64,000 nucleotides of DNA from Somniosus microcephalus (lineage: Eukaryota): contig CM126224.1 of NCBI GenBank assembly GCA_052327205.1, positions 64,666,001-64,730,000 on the forward strand, written 5' to 3'. Numbering within the stretch: position 1 is the stretch's first letter; each line of letters starts with the position of its first letter. The position numbers and the translations under genes were made by a program. Of the stretch, positions 1 through 12,074 are shown piece after piece. The notes beneath the pieces were generated by a model, which had not been told where the DNA came from, searched no databases, and saw only the letters and a list, made by a program, of their open reading frames with translations.

Positions 1-3000
1 TAGGACAGTCAGCCCAGTGCACTGTGGGATAGCTTTGGACAGACAGCCCAGTGCACTGTGGGATAGATTAGGACAGTCAGCCCAGTGCACTGTGGGATAG
101 ATTAGAACAATCAGCCCAGTGCACTGTGGGGTAGATTAGGATAGTCAGCCCAGTGCACTGTGGGATAGCTTGGGACAGTCAGCCCAGTGCACTGTGGGAT
201 AGATTAGGATAGTCAGCCCAGTGCACTGTGGGATAGCTTTGGACAGTCAGCCCAGTGCACCGTGGGATAGCTTTGGACAGTCAGCCCAGTGCACTGTGGG
301 ATAGCTTTGGACAGTCAGCCCAGTGCACTGTGGGATAGCTTTGGACAGTCAGCCCAGTGCACTGTGGGATAGATTTAGGACAGACAGCCCAGTGCACTGT
401 GGGATAGCTTGGGACAGTCAGCCCAGTGCACTGTGGGATAGCTTGGGACAGTGAGCCCAGTGCACTGTGGGATAGATTTAGGACAGTCATCCCAGTGCAC
501 TGTGGGATAGCTTGGGACAGTCAGCCCAGTGCACTGTGGGATAGATTAGGACAGTCAGCCCAGTGCACTGTGGGATAGATTAGGACAGTCAGCCCAGTGC
601 ACTGTGGGATAGATTAGGACAGTCAGCCCAGTGCACTGTGGGATAGATTGGGACAGTCAGCCCAGTGCACTGTGGGATAGATTAGGACAGTCAGCCCAGT
701 GCACCGTGGGATAGATTAGGACAGTCAGCCCAGTGCACTGTGGGATAGCTTTGGACAGTCAGCCCAGTGCACTGTGGGATAGATTAGGGCAGTCAGCCCA
801 GTGCACTGTGGGATAGATTAGGACACTCAGCCCAGTGCACCGTGGAACAGATTAGGACAGTCAGCCCAGTGCACTGTGGGATAGATTAGGACAGTCAGCC
901 CAATGCACTGTGGGATAGCTTTGGACAGTCAGCCCAGTGCACTGTGGGATAGATTAGGACAGTCAGCACAGTGCACTGTGGGATAAATTAGGATAGTCAG
1001 CCCAGTGCACTGTGGGATAGCTTTGGACAGTCAGCCCAGTGCACTGTGGGATAGCTTTGGACAGTCAGCCCAGTGCACTGTGGGATAGATTAGGACAGTC
1101 AGCCCAGTGCACTGTGGGATATATTAGGACAGTCAGCCCAGTGCACTGTGGGATAGATTAGGACAGTCAGCCCAGTGCACTGTGGGATAGATTAGGACAG
1201 TCAGCCCAGTGCACTGTGGGATAGCTTTGGACAGACAGCCCAGTGCACTGTGGGATAGCTTTGGACAGTCAGCCCAGTGCACTGTGGGATAGATTAGGAC
1301 AGTCAGCCCAGTGCACTGTGGGATAGATTAGGACAGTCAGCCCAGTGCACTGTGGGATAGCTTGGGACAGTCAGCCCAGTGCACTGTGGGATAGCTTGGG
1401 ACAGTCAGCCCAGTGCACTGTGGGATAGATTAGGATAGTCAGCCCAGTGCACTGTGGGATAGCTTTGGACAGTCAGCCCAGTGCACCGTGGGATAGCTTT
1501 GGACAGTCAGCCCAGTGCACTGTGGGATAGCTTTGGACAGTCAGCCCAGTGCACTGTGGGATATCTTTGGACATTCAGCCCAGTGCACTGTGGGATAGCT
1601 TTGGACAGTCAGCCCAGTGCACTGTGGGATACCTGTGGGATAGATTAGGACAGTCAGCCCAGTGCACTGTGGGATAGCTTTGGACAGTCAGCCCAGTGCA
1701 CTGTGGGATAGATTTAGGACAGACAGCCGAGTGCACTGTGGGATAGTTTGGGACAGTCAGCCCAGTGCACTGTGGGATAGCTTGGGACAGTCAGCCCAGT
1801 GCACTGTGGGATAGCTTGGGACAGTCAGCCCAGTGCACTGTGGGATAGATTTAGGACAGTCAGCCCAGTGCACTGTGGGATAGCTTGGGACAGTCAGCCC
1901 AGTGCACTGTGGGATAGATTAGGACAGTCAGCCCAGTGCACTGTGGGATAGATTAGGACAGTCAGCCCAGTGCACTGTGGGATAGATTAGGACAGTCAGC
2001 CCAGTGCACTGTGGGATAGATTGGGACAGTCAGCCCAGTGCACTGTGGGATAGATTAGGACAGTCAGCCCAGTGCACCATGGGATAGATTAGGACAGTCA
2101 GCCCAGTGCACTGTGGGATAGCTTTGGACAGTCAGCCCAGTGCACTGTGGGATAGATTAGGACCGTCAGCCCAGTGCACTGTGGGATAGCTTTGGACAGT
2201 CAGCCCAGTGCACTGTTGGATAGATTTAGGACAGACAGCCCAGTGCACTGTGGGATAGCTTGGGACAGTCAGCCCAGTGCACTGTGGGATAGCTTGGGAC
2301 AGTCAGCCCAGTGCACTGTGGGATAGATTTAGGACAGTCAGCCCAGTGCACTGTGGGATAGCTTGGGACAGTCAGCCCAGTGCACTGTGGGATAGATTAG
2401 GACAGTCAGCCCAGTGCACTGTGGGATAGATTAGGACAGTCAGCCCAGTGCACTGTGGGATAGATTAGGACAGTCAGCCCAGTGCACTGTGGGATAGATT
2501 AGGACAGTCAGCCAAGTGCACTGTGGGATAGATTGGGACAGTCAGCCCAGTGCACTGTGGGATAGCTTTGGACAGTCAGCCCAGTGCACTGTGGGATAGA
2601 TTAGGACCGTCAGCCCAGTGCACCGTGGGATAGATTAGGACAGTCAGCCCAGTGCACTGTGGGATAGATTAGGACAGTCAGCCCAGTGCACCGTGGGATA
2701 GATTAGGACAGTCAGCCCAGTGCACTGTGGGATAGATTAGCACAGTCAGCCCAATGCACTGTGGGATAGCTTTGGACAGTCAGCCCAGTGCACTGTGGGA
2801 TAGATTAGGACAGTCAGCACAGTGCACTGTGGGATAAATTAGGATAGTCAGCCCAGTGCACTGTGGGATAGCTTTGGACAGTCAGCCCAGTGCACTGTGG
2901 GATAGCTTTGGACAGTCAGCCCAGTGCACTGTGGGATAGCTTGGGACAGTCAGCCCAGTGCACCGTGGGATAGCTTGGGACAGTCAGCCCAGTGCACTGT

Positions 3001-4002
3001 GGGATAGATTAGGACAGTCAGCCCAGTGCACCGTGGGATAGATTAGGACAGTCAGCCCAGTGCACTGTGGGATAGATTAGGACAGTCAGCCCAGTGCACT
3101 GTGGGATAGATTAGGAGAGTCAGCCCAGTGCACTGTGGGATAGATTAGAACAATCAGCCCAGTGCACTGTGGGATAGCTTGGGACAGTCAGCCCAGTGCA
3201 CTGTGGGATAGATTAGGACAGTCAGCCCAGTGCACTGTGGGATAGCTTGGGACAGTCAGCCCAGTGCACTGTGGGATAGATTAGGATAGTCAGCCCAGTG
3301 CACTGTGGGATAGCTTTGGACAGTCAGCCCAGTGCACCGTGGGATAGCTTTGGACAGTCAGCCCAGTGCACCGTGGGATAGCTTTGGACAGTCAGCCCAG
3401 TGCACCGTGGGATAGCTTTGGACAGTCCGCCCAGTGCACTGTGGGATAGCTTTGGACAGTCAGCCCAGTGCACTGTGGGATAGCTTTGGACAGTCAGCCC
3501 AGTGCACTGTGGGATAGATTAGGACAGTCAGCCCAGTGCACTGTGGGATAGATTAGGACAGTCAGCCCAGTGCACTGTGGGATAGCTTTGGACAGTCAGC
3601 CCAGTGCACTGTGGGATAGCTTTGGACAGTCAGCCCAGTGCACTGTGGGATAGATTAGGACAGTCAGCCCAGTGCACTGTGGCATAGCTTGGGACAGTCA
3701 GCCCAGTGCACTGTGGGATAGATTAGGATAGTCAGCCCAGTGCACTGTGGGATAGCTTTGGACAGTCAGCCCAGTGCACCGTGGGATAGCTTTGGACAGT
3801 CAGCCCAGTGCACCGTGGGATAGCTTTGGACAGTCCGCCCAGTGCACTGTGGGATAGCTTTGGACAGTCAGCCCAGTGCACTGTGGGATAGATTAGAACA
3901 GTCAGCCCAGTGCACTGTGGGATAGATTAGGACAGTCAGCCCAGTGCACTGTGGGATAGATTAGGACAGTCAGCCCAGTGCACTGTGGGATAGATTAGGA
4001 CC
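1..4002. repeat. Minisatellite array, 34-35 bp unit (TAGGACAGTCAGCCCAGTGCACTGTGGGATAGAT; variants ...AGCTTTGG/AGCTTGGG...), roughly 115 units, truncated by window start
   Basis: Directly visible head-to-tail repeats with no unique spacers; each unit contains the palindrome CAGTGCACTG. Confidence 0.98.
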
Positions 4003-4186
4003 AAATAATTTGTTTTAGTGATGTTGTTTGAGGGAGAAATATTGGCCAGGACACCGGGGAAAACTCCCCTGCTCTTCTTCCAATAGTGCCAGGGGATCTT
4101 TTACGTCCACCTGAGAGCAGACGGGGCCTCGGTTTAACGTCTCATCCGAAAGACGGCACCTCTGACAGTGCAGCCCTCCCTCAGTA
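4003..4186 (-). mobile_element. DeuSINE (SacSINE1/AmnSINE1-like) fragment
   Basis: Reverse complement contains the Deu-domain string GGTGCCGTCTTTCGGATGAGACGTTAAACCGAGGCCCCGTCTGC...GGTGGACGTAAAAGATCCC. Confidence 0.85.
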
Positions 4187-4486
4187 GTGGAAGCAGAATC
4201 CATAATAGATTTTAAAAGGGAGGTGGATAAATATTGGAGAAAGAAAATTTTTAAAGGGTATCTGCTAAGAACATGGGCTAAAGCTCTCTGAAAGGTGGCA
4301 CAGAGGCAATGGGCTGAATGGCCTCCTTCTGTGCTGTAAATGTTTTTGATTCAACAATTGAATTGCACATAGCACAAGAAGAAAATCCTTCCCCAATATA
4401 TCCTAGCCCCTCCTTCAGAGGAGTACACAGTACGGTACCAGTGTGATTCTTACCCCTCATTTCACACACCAGCCATCATTCCGAAT

Positions 4487-4975
4487 ATACTTGCCATAGA
4501 GAAAGTGCAATGATGGGATGGGGGGATTGTCCTATGAGGAGAGATTGAGTAGACTAGGCCTATATTCTCTAGAGTTTAGAAGAATGAGAGGTGGTCTCAT
4601 TGAAACATACACAATTCTTACAGGGCTCGAGTAGATGCAGGGAGGATGTTTCCCCTGGCTGGGGAGTCTAGAACCAGGGGTCACAGTCTCAGAATAAGGG
4701 GTCGGCCATTTAGGACTGAGATGAGGAGAAATTTCTTCACTCAGAGGGTGGTGAATCTTTGGAATTCTCTACCCCAGAGGGCTGTGGAGGCTCAGTCGTT
4801 GAGTATATTCAAGACAGAGATCGATAGATTTTTGGATATTAAGGGAATCAAGGGATATGGGGATAGTGCAGGAAAGTGGAGATGAGGTAGAAGATCAGCC
4901 ATGATCTCATTGACTGGTGGAGCAGGCTCGAGGGGCCGAATGGCCGACTCCTGCTCCTATTTCTTATGTTCTTAT
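4487..4975 (+). mobile_element. CR1 LINE 3' fragment (a smaller one lies at ~4187-4350)
   Basis: ORF2 C-terminus TRGHSLRI...RNFFTQRVVNLWNSLP, followed by the CR1 3' UTR GGCTCGAGGGGCCGAATGG and a short tandem tail. Confidence 0.9.
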
Positions 4976-4979
4976 TCCC

Positions 4980-5143
4980 GCCTAGGCCCCACACTCTGGA
5001 ATTCCTTCTTTAAACCTCTCCACCTCCTGATTCTCCTTTAAGACTCTCCTTAAAACCTACCTCTTTGACCAAGCTTTTGGTCACCTCTCCTACTATCACT
5101 TTCTTTGGCTCGGTGTCCATTGTCCCCTTACGCTTCTGTGAAG
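4980..5143 (+). mobile_element. L2-type 3' end that served as target of the Gypsy insertion (resumes at 10114-10170)
   Basis: CTCTGGAATTCC...CTTAAAACCTACCTCTTTGACCAAGCTTTTGG; continues after the element as CATCTTGGGATTTC...GTTGTTGTTG. Confidence 0.7.
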
Positions 5144-5324
5144 TGTTAAGTCCGTGAATGATTGAGACACGGACTAGCAGGAGAGAAAACAAACAGATCT
5201 TTACTGGTGGAAGTCAATAACGAAACTAAACAACAGAGGCTCTCTAGCGCCTTTTATACAGGGGTGGTCACTGCCGGTACTGCAGTCTGAGACCAGTTAT
5301 TCTCTTAAAGGTACATACACAACA
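5144..5324 (-). repeat. 3' LTR of the Gypsy element at 5144-10108
   Basis: One substitution seen relative to 9928-10108 (GGCTCTCTAG vs GGCGCTCTAG). Confidence 0.96.
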
Positions 5325-5432
5325 ATTCCTCCCCTTTTAGATAAACAGTACATAACATTCATTTAACAACTAAATGATAACGAATTACAATCACAATTAC
5401 TGTTGCTAGATACATTGGTTAAGTTTAAGCAA

Positions 5433-7490
5433 TTATAAGTTCAGTCTTTGAGGAGGCTTCCTGATTCTGTCTGGATAACGCCTCTTTGGGGTATCAGGTT
5501 CTTCTGGCAATGTTGAGTCGGAATCAATGTCGTCGTTTGGTTCATCTGCTTCCAATATTACCGGTTCTGCGGTAGCTGCAATTGGAACGTCGATTCCATT
5601 ACCAGGTGTATCAGATCGTGGTGTGGAGTTGACGTTTTCCAGTGACTCTAGAATCTGGTCAGCATGGCGTCTTACAATGCTCTCTCCAACGTCCACGGTA
5701 TACATGAGAGGTCCTTGTCGTGTACAAATCGTTCCTGGTTGCCATTTCTCAGTGCGGTAGTCCCGGGCCAAAACTGGTTGACCTATCTTAAAACTCCTGG
5801 TCGGCCTTTCATTCATATTCTGAAACTGCCTGTTCTCCACATCTCTTCGGACGTTTGGCTTAACCAAATCCAAGCGGCATCGTAGTCTTCGATTGAAGAA
5901 CATCATGGCTGGAGTTTGGTTGGTAACCGCATGTGTCGCATTCCAGTAGGCAAACAAGAAGTTGTCCACCTTGTGTTGTAGGGGTATCTCTTCATTACAC
6001 ATTGCCTTGATAGCCTTCTTGAATGTTTGGACAAACCTCTCGGCCAATCCATTAGTGGCTGGATGATATGGGACAGATGTGTAATGCTTAACACCATTGT
6101 TCTTTAAGAACCTCCGGAACTCTTCAGACACAAACTGTGGTCCATTGTCAGAGCAAATCTGTTCAGGCAGCCCATTCCTGGCGAATATGGTTCGTAAAAC
6201 TGTGATAGTTTTTTCCGTGGTGGTTGAGGACATTTTTATTACCTCTGGCCACTTTGAATGTGCATCCACCGCAATTAAAAACATCGAGTCCATGAAGGGA
6301 CCAGCAAAATCAATGTGCACCCTTTGCCATGGAGATGAGGGCCATTCCCATGGATGCAGAGGAGCTTGTGGTGGGGCGTTTTGGACCTTCTGGCATCCTG
6401 CACAGCTCTTGGTCATCTCTTCGATTTCTCTATCGATTCCCGGCCACCACACAAACGCTCTGGCTAAGTTCTTCATTTTTACCCCACCCAGATGACCCTC
6501 ATGAAGCTCATTGAGCACTCTATCCGTCAACTTAGGTGGAATTACTACTCTGGATCCACACATCAAGGTTCCTCTGCACACTGACAGCTGTTCTCTTCTC
6601 GGCGAGAATGCTGGCAGCAGTGGTTCGCCATGTGCTGGCCATCCCATCACCGTTAAATCATAGACCCGTGATAGTGTCGGGTCATTCCGTGTTTCCTTTT
6701 CTATGTTTGCATTCGTCACAGGAAGACATTCGACTATGGTCGAGTGGAATAACTCCATTGGATCCACTGCAAGGTCTTCTTCTTCCACCATCGGCAACGG
6801 TAGACGTGACAATCCATCAGCATTTCCATGCTGTTTAGTTCCTTTGTACTCGATGTCATATTGGTGTGCCCCTAGGAAAAGGGACCATCTCTGCAGCCGT
6901 TGTGCTGTCATTATCGGTACGCCCTTCTGAGTGTTGAAAATGGAGACAAGAGGTTGATGATCGGTTAGTAGAGTAAATTTTTGACCGTGCAGATAGTGAT
7001 TGAACTTCTTCACCCCCCACACTAGGCTGAGGGCCTCTCTGTCAATTTGGGCGTAGTTACGCTCGGCAGAAGTTAACGAGCGTGACGCAAAAGCTATCGG
7101 CCTCTCCAAACCATCAAGGAATTTATGTGACAGTACCGCCCCAATGCCGTAGGGAGACGCATCACACGCCAGCCTGATTGGCAGTACTGGGTTGTAGTGA
7201 GCCAATACTTCCTTTGAAGTGATTAAGTCCTTACTCTTCCGAAAAGCACGCTTACAATCATCGCTCCATTTCCATGCTACCCCCGTTCGTAGCAGGGCGT
7301 TCAGTGGGTGCAGAATTGTCGACAAATTCGGCAAAAACTTATGATAGTAATTCACCAACCCGAGGAATGACCTCAGTTGCGACACATTTTCAGGCGCTGG
7401 GGCCTTAACAACCGCTTCAATTTTGTCAGGGGACTTATGTAACCCCTCTTCATCAATCACGTGGCCACAATACGATATCTGTTTCTTAAA
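5433..7490 (-). CDS. RT C-terminus, RNase H and integrase portion of the polyprotein (frameshifted continuation)
   Basis: LACDAS and YAQIDREAL (RNase H); HHCC zinc finger; DDE motifs HIDFAGP, SDNGPQF, GLAERFV. Confidence 0.93.
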   Translation of the reverse strand, partial: FKKQISYCGHVIDEEGLHKSPDKIEAVVKAPAPENVSQLRSFLGLVNYYHKFLPNLSTILHPLNALLRTGVAWKWSDDCKRAFRKSKDLITSKEVLAHYNPVLPIRLACDASPYGIGAVLSHKFLDGLERPIAFASRSLTSAERNYAQIDREALSLVWGVKKFNHYLHGQKFTLLTDHQPLVSIFNTQKGVPIMTAQRLQRWSLFLGAHQYDIEYKGTKQHGNADGLSRLPLPMVEEEDLAVDPMELFHSTIVECLPVTNANIEKETRNDPTLSRVYDLTVMGWPAHGEPLLPAFSPRREQLSVCRGTLMCGSRVVIPPKLTDRVLNELHEGHLGGVKMKNLARAFVWWPGIDREIEEMTKSCAGCQKVQNAPPQAPLHPWEWPSSPWQRVHIDFAGPFMDSMFLIAVDAHSKWPEVIKMSSTTTEKTITVLRTIFARNGLPEQICSDNGPQFVSEEFRRFLKNNGVKHYTSVPYHPATNGLAERFVQTFKKAIKAMCNEEIPLQHKVDNFLFAYWNATHAVTNQTPAMMFFNRRLRCRLDLVKPNVRRDVENRQFQNMNERPTRSFKIGQPVLARDYRTEKWQPGTICTRQGPLMYTVDVGESIVRRHADQILESLENVNSTPRSDTPGNGIDVPIAATAEPVILEADEPNDDIDSDSTLPEEPDTPKRRYPDRIRKPPQRLNL

Positions 7491-9393
7491 AAAATTCGCA
7501 CTTGGGGCGGTTGGCTCGCAGCCCATGTTCCCGTAGTCTAGTGAGCACCTGTTCTAGGTTGTTAAGGTGTTCACTGTCATCTTCACCTGTTACAAGGATG
7601 TCGTCCAAGTAACACTGAGTCCCCGGAATCCCTTGCAGGACTTGTTCCATCGCTCTTTGCCATATCGCCGGAGCCGATGCTACTCCGAATACCAATCGAT
7701 GATACTGGTAAAGACCTTTGTGAGTGTTTATCGTGAGATACTTTCTAGAGGACTCTTCAACCTCCATCTGCAAATATGCTTGTGCCAGGTCAATTTTTGT
7801 AAAACGCTTTCCTCCAGACAGCGAGGCGAAGATGTCTTCTATCCTTGGAAGAGGATATTGTACTGTGCGAAGGACAGGGTTCACCGTCACCTTGAAATCC
7901 CCACAGATGCGAATCTTCCTTGGCTCTCCGGACTTATTGCTTAACGTTTTCTTCATGACAGGAACAATGGGTGTCGCCCACTCGCTCCAGTCGACCTTAG
8001 ACAACACACCCGCCTTCTCCAGATTCTCCAGCTCTGCCTCGACAGCTGGGCGAATTGCATATGGTACCGGTCTCGCTTTGAAAAACTTGGGAACTGCATT
8101 CTCTTCTATTTTTATCGAGGCGGTTACGCCTTTAAGCGTGCCCAGTTCTTGTTGAAATACCTCTTTGGCGTTAGCTAAGATTGTTGACAATCGTCCAGGA
8201 GTGACGTCTTCATCTTTTTTACCGTCCACCGTCATTGCATGAATGGAATGCCAATCTAAGTTTATCCTTCTGATCCATTCCCGTCCCAATAACGGTTGTC
8301 CACCATTTGGCAGTATGTAGAGATACAATTTCTGTATTTTCTTGCCATTGTATTCGACAGGCACCCTTATTTTTCCTCTGGGGTATACTTTTTGCCCTGT
8401 ATACATCGTCAAGACGATGGATGTCTCTCTCAAGGGTATGTGTGAAAATAGCCGCTCGTAGTCTCGTCGATTCATGACGGTTAGCGCTGATCCTGTATCC
8501 AATTCCATTTTAACTTGGGACCCTGCTATCGTGAGGGTGACCCAAATGGTTCGGTGATCCTCTTTTGCGATTACATTGTGAAGTTTGAGACAGCTTAATC
8601 TCCTGTTCTCGGATTCACTATCGCTCATCTGGTCTTTGGAACTACTGTCCGTCATCTTTTGTACTTTCTTGTACGGTTCCTTAGTAGCCTTTCTGTTGTC
8701 ACTGGTCTTCTTCCCAGACCTGCAAACTCGTGCAATGTGTCCAATCTTCCCGCATTGTCTGTATATTTTGTCTTTGGACCAGCAGTCCTTCTGGTCATGG
8801 TTAGTTCTGCCGCAGCGATAACATTTTGCAAATCCCCGTGTCATTTCGTGGGTGCCGTATTCCTGTGGTTTTTGTTGAATTTCTGCAGCTCCCCTGGCTG
8901 CTGCTTCATACGATACTGCCACGCTGAAACCCTTATCTAGCGTCAGCTCTTTTTCTGTGAGTAACTTCTTCTGTGTTCCTTCACTCAGGAGTCCACAGAC
9001 AAATTTGTCCCGTAGGGTATCTGCCAGTCCTGCTCCGAACTGGCAGTGCTTTGATAGCTTGCGTAGTTCCGTAAGATACTCAGCATTGCTCTCATCTTTG
9101 TGCTGAGTTCTCCTGTGGAATTTAAATCTTTCTGCTATCAACAGCGGTGCAGGGTTTAAGTGTTCCTGTGGAACAGCAACAATTTCGTTAAAACTCTTCG
9201 CCTTCGGTTTGGCTGGAGTAATCAGATCCCGCAATAGGCCGTACGTTCTAGCGCCCATTAAGTTTAGCAATATCGATGCCTTTTTCCCCTCCGCTATTTC
9301 GTTTGCCTCGAAATATACCTCGACTCTTTCCACATATGTGGTCCAGTCCTCTAATGTATTATCAAAAGCAGTGATACAGCCAGTCTTCGGCAT
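7486..9393 (-). CDS. Gag-protease-RT portion of the retrotransposon polyprotein
   Basis: Zinc knuckle CYRCGRTNHDQKDC, protease LDTGS, RT motifs RICGDFK and YLDD; ends at a T7 run producing TAA. Confidence 0.93.
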   Translation of the reverse strand: MPKTGCITAFDNTLEDWTTYVERVEVYFEANEIAEGKKASILLNLMGARTYGLLRDLITPAKPKAKSFNEIVAVPQEHLNPAPLLIAERFKFHRRTQHKDESNAEYLTELRKLSKHCQFGAGLADTLRDKFVCGLLSEGTQKKLLTEKELTLDKGFSVAVSYEAAARGAAEIQQKPQEYGTHEMTRGFAKCYRCGRTNHDQKDCWSKDKIYRQCGKIGHIARVCRSGKKTSDNRKATKEPYKKVQKMTDSSSKDQMSDSESENRRLSCLKLHNVIAKEDHRTIWVTLTIAGSQVKMELDTGSALTVMNRRDYERLFSHIPLRETSIVLTMYTGQKVYPRGKIRVPVEYNGKKIQKLYLYILPNGGQPLLGREWIRRINLDWHSIHAMTVDGKKDEDVTPGRLSTILANAKEVFQQELGTLKGVTASIKIEENAVPKFFKARPVPYAIRPAVEAELENLEKAGVLSKVDWSEWATPIVPVMKKTLSNKSGEPRKIRICGDFKVTVNPVLRTVQYPLPRIEDIFASLSGGKRFTKIDLAQAYLQMEVEESSRKYLTINTHKGLYQYHRLVFGVASAPAIWQRAMEQVLQGIPGTQCYLDDILVTGEDDSEHLNNLEQVLTRLREHGLRANRPKCEFF

Positions 9394-9927
9394 CTTGCAA
9401 ATCTAAAATGGCGCCTCCCGCGCTTTGTCTTCTTCCCCGCTGTTGTTAGCGCTGCTTTCCACGGTTTCCTGCGCTTTAAATATTGATTCTTTTTCTTTTA
9501 TTATTTTCCCGTCGTGGAGCGGACCCTCTGGGACACTTCCCTCCCTCTTCTTAGGTCCGAACGCTGCCCGGCTTCGAAGCACTGGCCGCGCCCTGTGTGC
9601 TCCACCCTCTCTCTCTCTCTTTGCTTCCCGACTCGCTGCCCGGCCCCGTTGAAAGGCCACCCGATCGAGCTTCAGCCCGCCGCAGCCCAGGAAGGATCAG
9701 AGCACTACCTGCCACCAGCCCGATTAGCTGGGAAACCACGGACCGAGGAACCCAGCCTGGCTCTGGACAATCTCTCCTGCAAGTTTTGAACCCGATGATT
9801 GACGGTCGACGCCCGTTTCTCGAGTTTCAATGGACTCTATTTTTTTTTTCTTCTGGCTCCGACCTTCAACAACGTCATCGGAGCTGCTGCCGAGTTGCAG
9901 GTAAGTACGTTTCTTACTCGTCGCCAG

Positions 9928-10108
9928 TGTTAAGTCCGTGAATGATTGAGACACGGACTAGCAGGAGAGAAAACAAACAGATCTTTACTGGTGGAAGTCA
10001 ATAACGAAACTAAACAACAGAGGCGCTCTAGCGCCTTTTATACAGGGGTGGTCACTGCCGGTACTGCAGTCTGAGACCAGTTATTCTCTTAAAGGTACAT
10101 ACACAACA
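9928..10108 (-). repeat. 5' LTR of the Gypsy element at 5144-10108
   Basis: Followed on the minus strand by the PBS C-TGGCGACGAG. Confidence 0.96.
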
Positions 10109-11049
10109 TGAAGCATCTTGGGATTTCTTTCTACATTAAAGGCACCACCATGTAAGTGCTAGTTGTTGTTGGATCAAACACTACTGCAATAATAGAACCA
10201 CTCAACTCTCAGCAGTGACTTTATTGCTGTAATACTATCACCCAAACAAATTCCTAAAAGATAATTTTAAATAGAATTTGAACAGTATCTCTGCTCGCCC
10301 TATTTTCCTCCCCCTATTATCACTTCTCCATCGTCTCTCTTTGCTATTTTTGCTGTTTTATCTTTTGCCTTTTCTTCCTAATATATCCTCTTGCAGCTTT
10401 TCTATAATTTCAAGACTTTTACTTAGCTGTTCTCATGCCTCCTTGGTCTCACTGTGTTTATCGACCATCCCAGTCTTTGACACAAACTTCTAGTGCCAGT
10501 TGCTCGCGCTGGATAAGCTATCTTGCTGGCAACTCGATCCCGCCAAGATGAGGCGACTCCTCCATGATTCAGCAAAGGGTTCACACTGCACCTGAGTGCC
10601 CTTCCTAACTGTGCTACTGGTCCAGGTTCCTGCAACATAAAAAGGGGAAATGTAGAATAATAGGCACCTGGGAGGGGATCATCAGGCTACAATCATTTAT
10701 CAAGAATGATACAAAAATTTTACTTTATAAAAATATATACATTGTTGGCAGATATGACTGAATATTGGGAGTAATTTATATCTAATGCATTTCCAGGTAT
10801 TGTGTGCAGCACATTAGCTCAGTTAGTAACCCTGTCCCTTTACCACTTGCATGGATTCTGCCACTGAGATAGTCAGCCCTCTGGCACGGTATAACGGGGG
10901 AGATGGAAGGAATTAGGAAAGCTGCTCCTGAAGTTGAAGCTGCCCCACAGTTGGCATCTCCAATTAAGAGCAGGCAACGTTGAAAGTGAGAAGAGGCAGA
11001 GGGTGAATCAGTTTCTCTGTGTGAGTAACATTAGAACAGAAGTCTGGGA

Positions 11050-11240
11050 TTATTTTGGGCAGATCACTGATGTACACGTTGAATAACATGGGTGCCAGGA
11101 CAGAACCCTGTGGGAGTCCGTTGTTCAATGTCCTATATCTGCTCTCTGGGTGCCAGTGTACACACAGAAGCGTCAGTTGCTAAGCATGGAGTTGAGAAGA
11201 TGGATCGTTCTGCTGCAGGGTAAAATGATGGAGAGCTTTC
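11050..11240 (-). mobile_element. Non-LTR RT fragment (Vingi/Ingi-like)
   Basis: Minus strand translates LNNGLPQGSVLAPMLFNVYISDLP. Confidence 0.6.
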
Positions 11241-12074
11241 CTATTTAGCAGATTATTGCAAACATTTCTCACTATTTGAGGGAAGTTCTTCCTGCTCTCT
11301 GTTTTGCATTTACTTTTCACTAGTTTCCATTTCCGTCCTCTGATCCTACTTTCTTGGCTTACTTTTTAAAGTAATATTCTGGGTTTTCCTTATCTATACT
11401 AAGGATGTCCCCCCACCAAACATTGAAACCGCCTTGTTTCCAGTCTGTATAGCTTGAGCTTCTCCATGTGCTCCTTCTTCTCTGCACCCTCACCAATGCC
11501 TGTGTCTCCCTTTGGTGGGGAGGTGACCAGAACTGACCAAGGTGGTTCACAGTGCTTTCTGTAAGTGGACTTTATCCCTGCAATCTGGGAGCCACATAAC
11601 AACAGTTCAAAAGTAATTTGTGTAAAACACTCTGAGGTGTTGCTTCGAGATGTGATAAGGTGCTATATATATATATGCAGATCTCTCATTCTATCCAGTA
11701 AATACTTCTGGAAAATAATCATTTATTATTTCAACTTTTATCATATAATTTCATAGCACTTTTATCCTTTATCGCTATGTTAATCAGCTGGGTATTAAAG
11801 TAGTGACTATGGAGTAGTGGGTAAAAGGTAGCAGAAAATGCTGTGCCAGTGGCTGCTGAGACTGAGGGATCTAAAGCTGACCATCGAGGTCTTCTAATAT
11901 TTTCTGCATTTGGGACATTTTGCTTGGGATGGGAGATCTGCCCAGTGACTGCACCACCTGCACGACTTGCTGTCTCGCCCACAGCATCAACTACACAAGT
12001 GTTTTTCTACCATTTTATACTTCAGTAAAGCACTGACTTCATGATATCTGAAAGGTAGATCAAAATTATTGCTT

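Larger units (their letters stand above)
5144..10108 (-). mobile_element. Full-length Ty3/Gypsy LTR retrotransposon (Mag-like), nearly intact
   Basis: 181-bp TG...CA LTRs at 5144-5324 and 9928-10108; 5-bp TSD TGAAG (5139-5143, 10109-10113); PBS TGGCGACGAG matching the tRNA-Ser(GCU) 3' end; PPT AAAAGGGGAGGAAT; domain order gag-PR-RT-RH-IN. Confidence 0.96.

Noticed and set aside
1-4002. CRISPR-like appearance (palindromic ~34-bp repeats)
   Set aside because: Units are contiguous with no unique spacers, there are no cas genes, and the context is a vertebrate genome.
9403-9927. Extra ORFs in the Gypsy leader as accessory or env genes
   Set aside because: Short, low-complexity and without recognisable motifs; no env-like ORF in any of the three LTR elements.
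10490-10640. Possible minus-strand host exon after the acceptor TTATGTTGCAG
   Set aside because: No recognisable protein and no partner exons that I can support.
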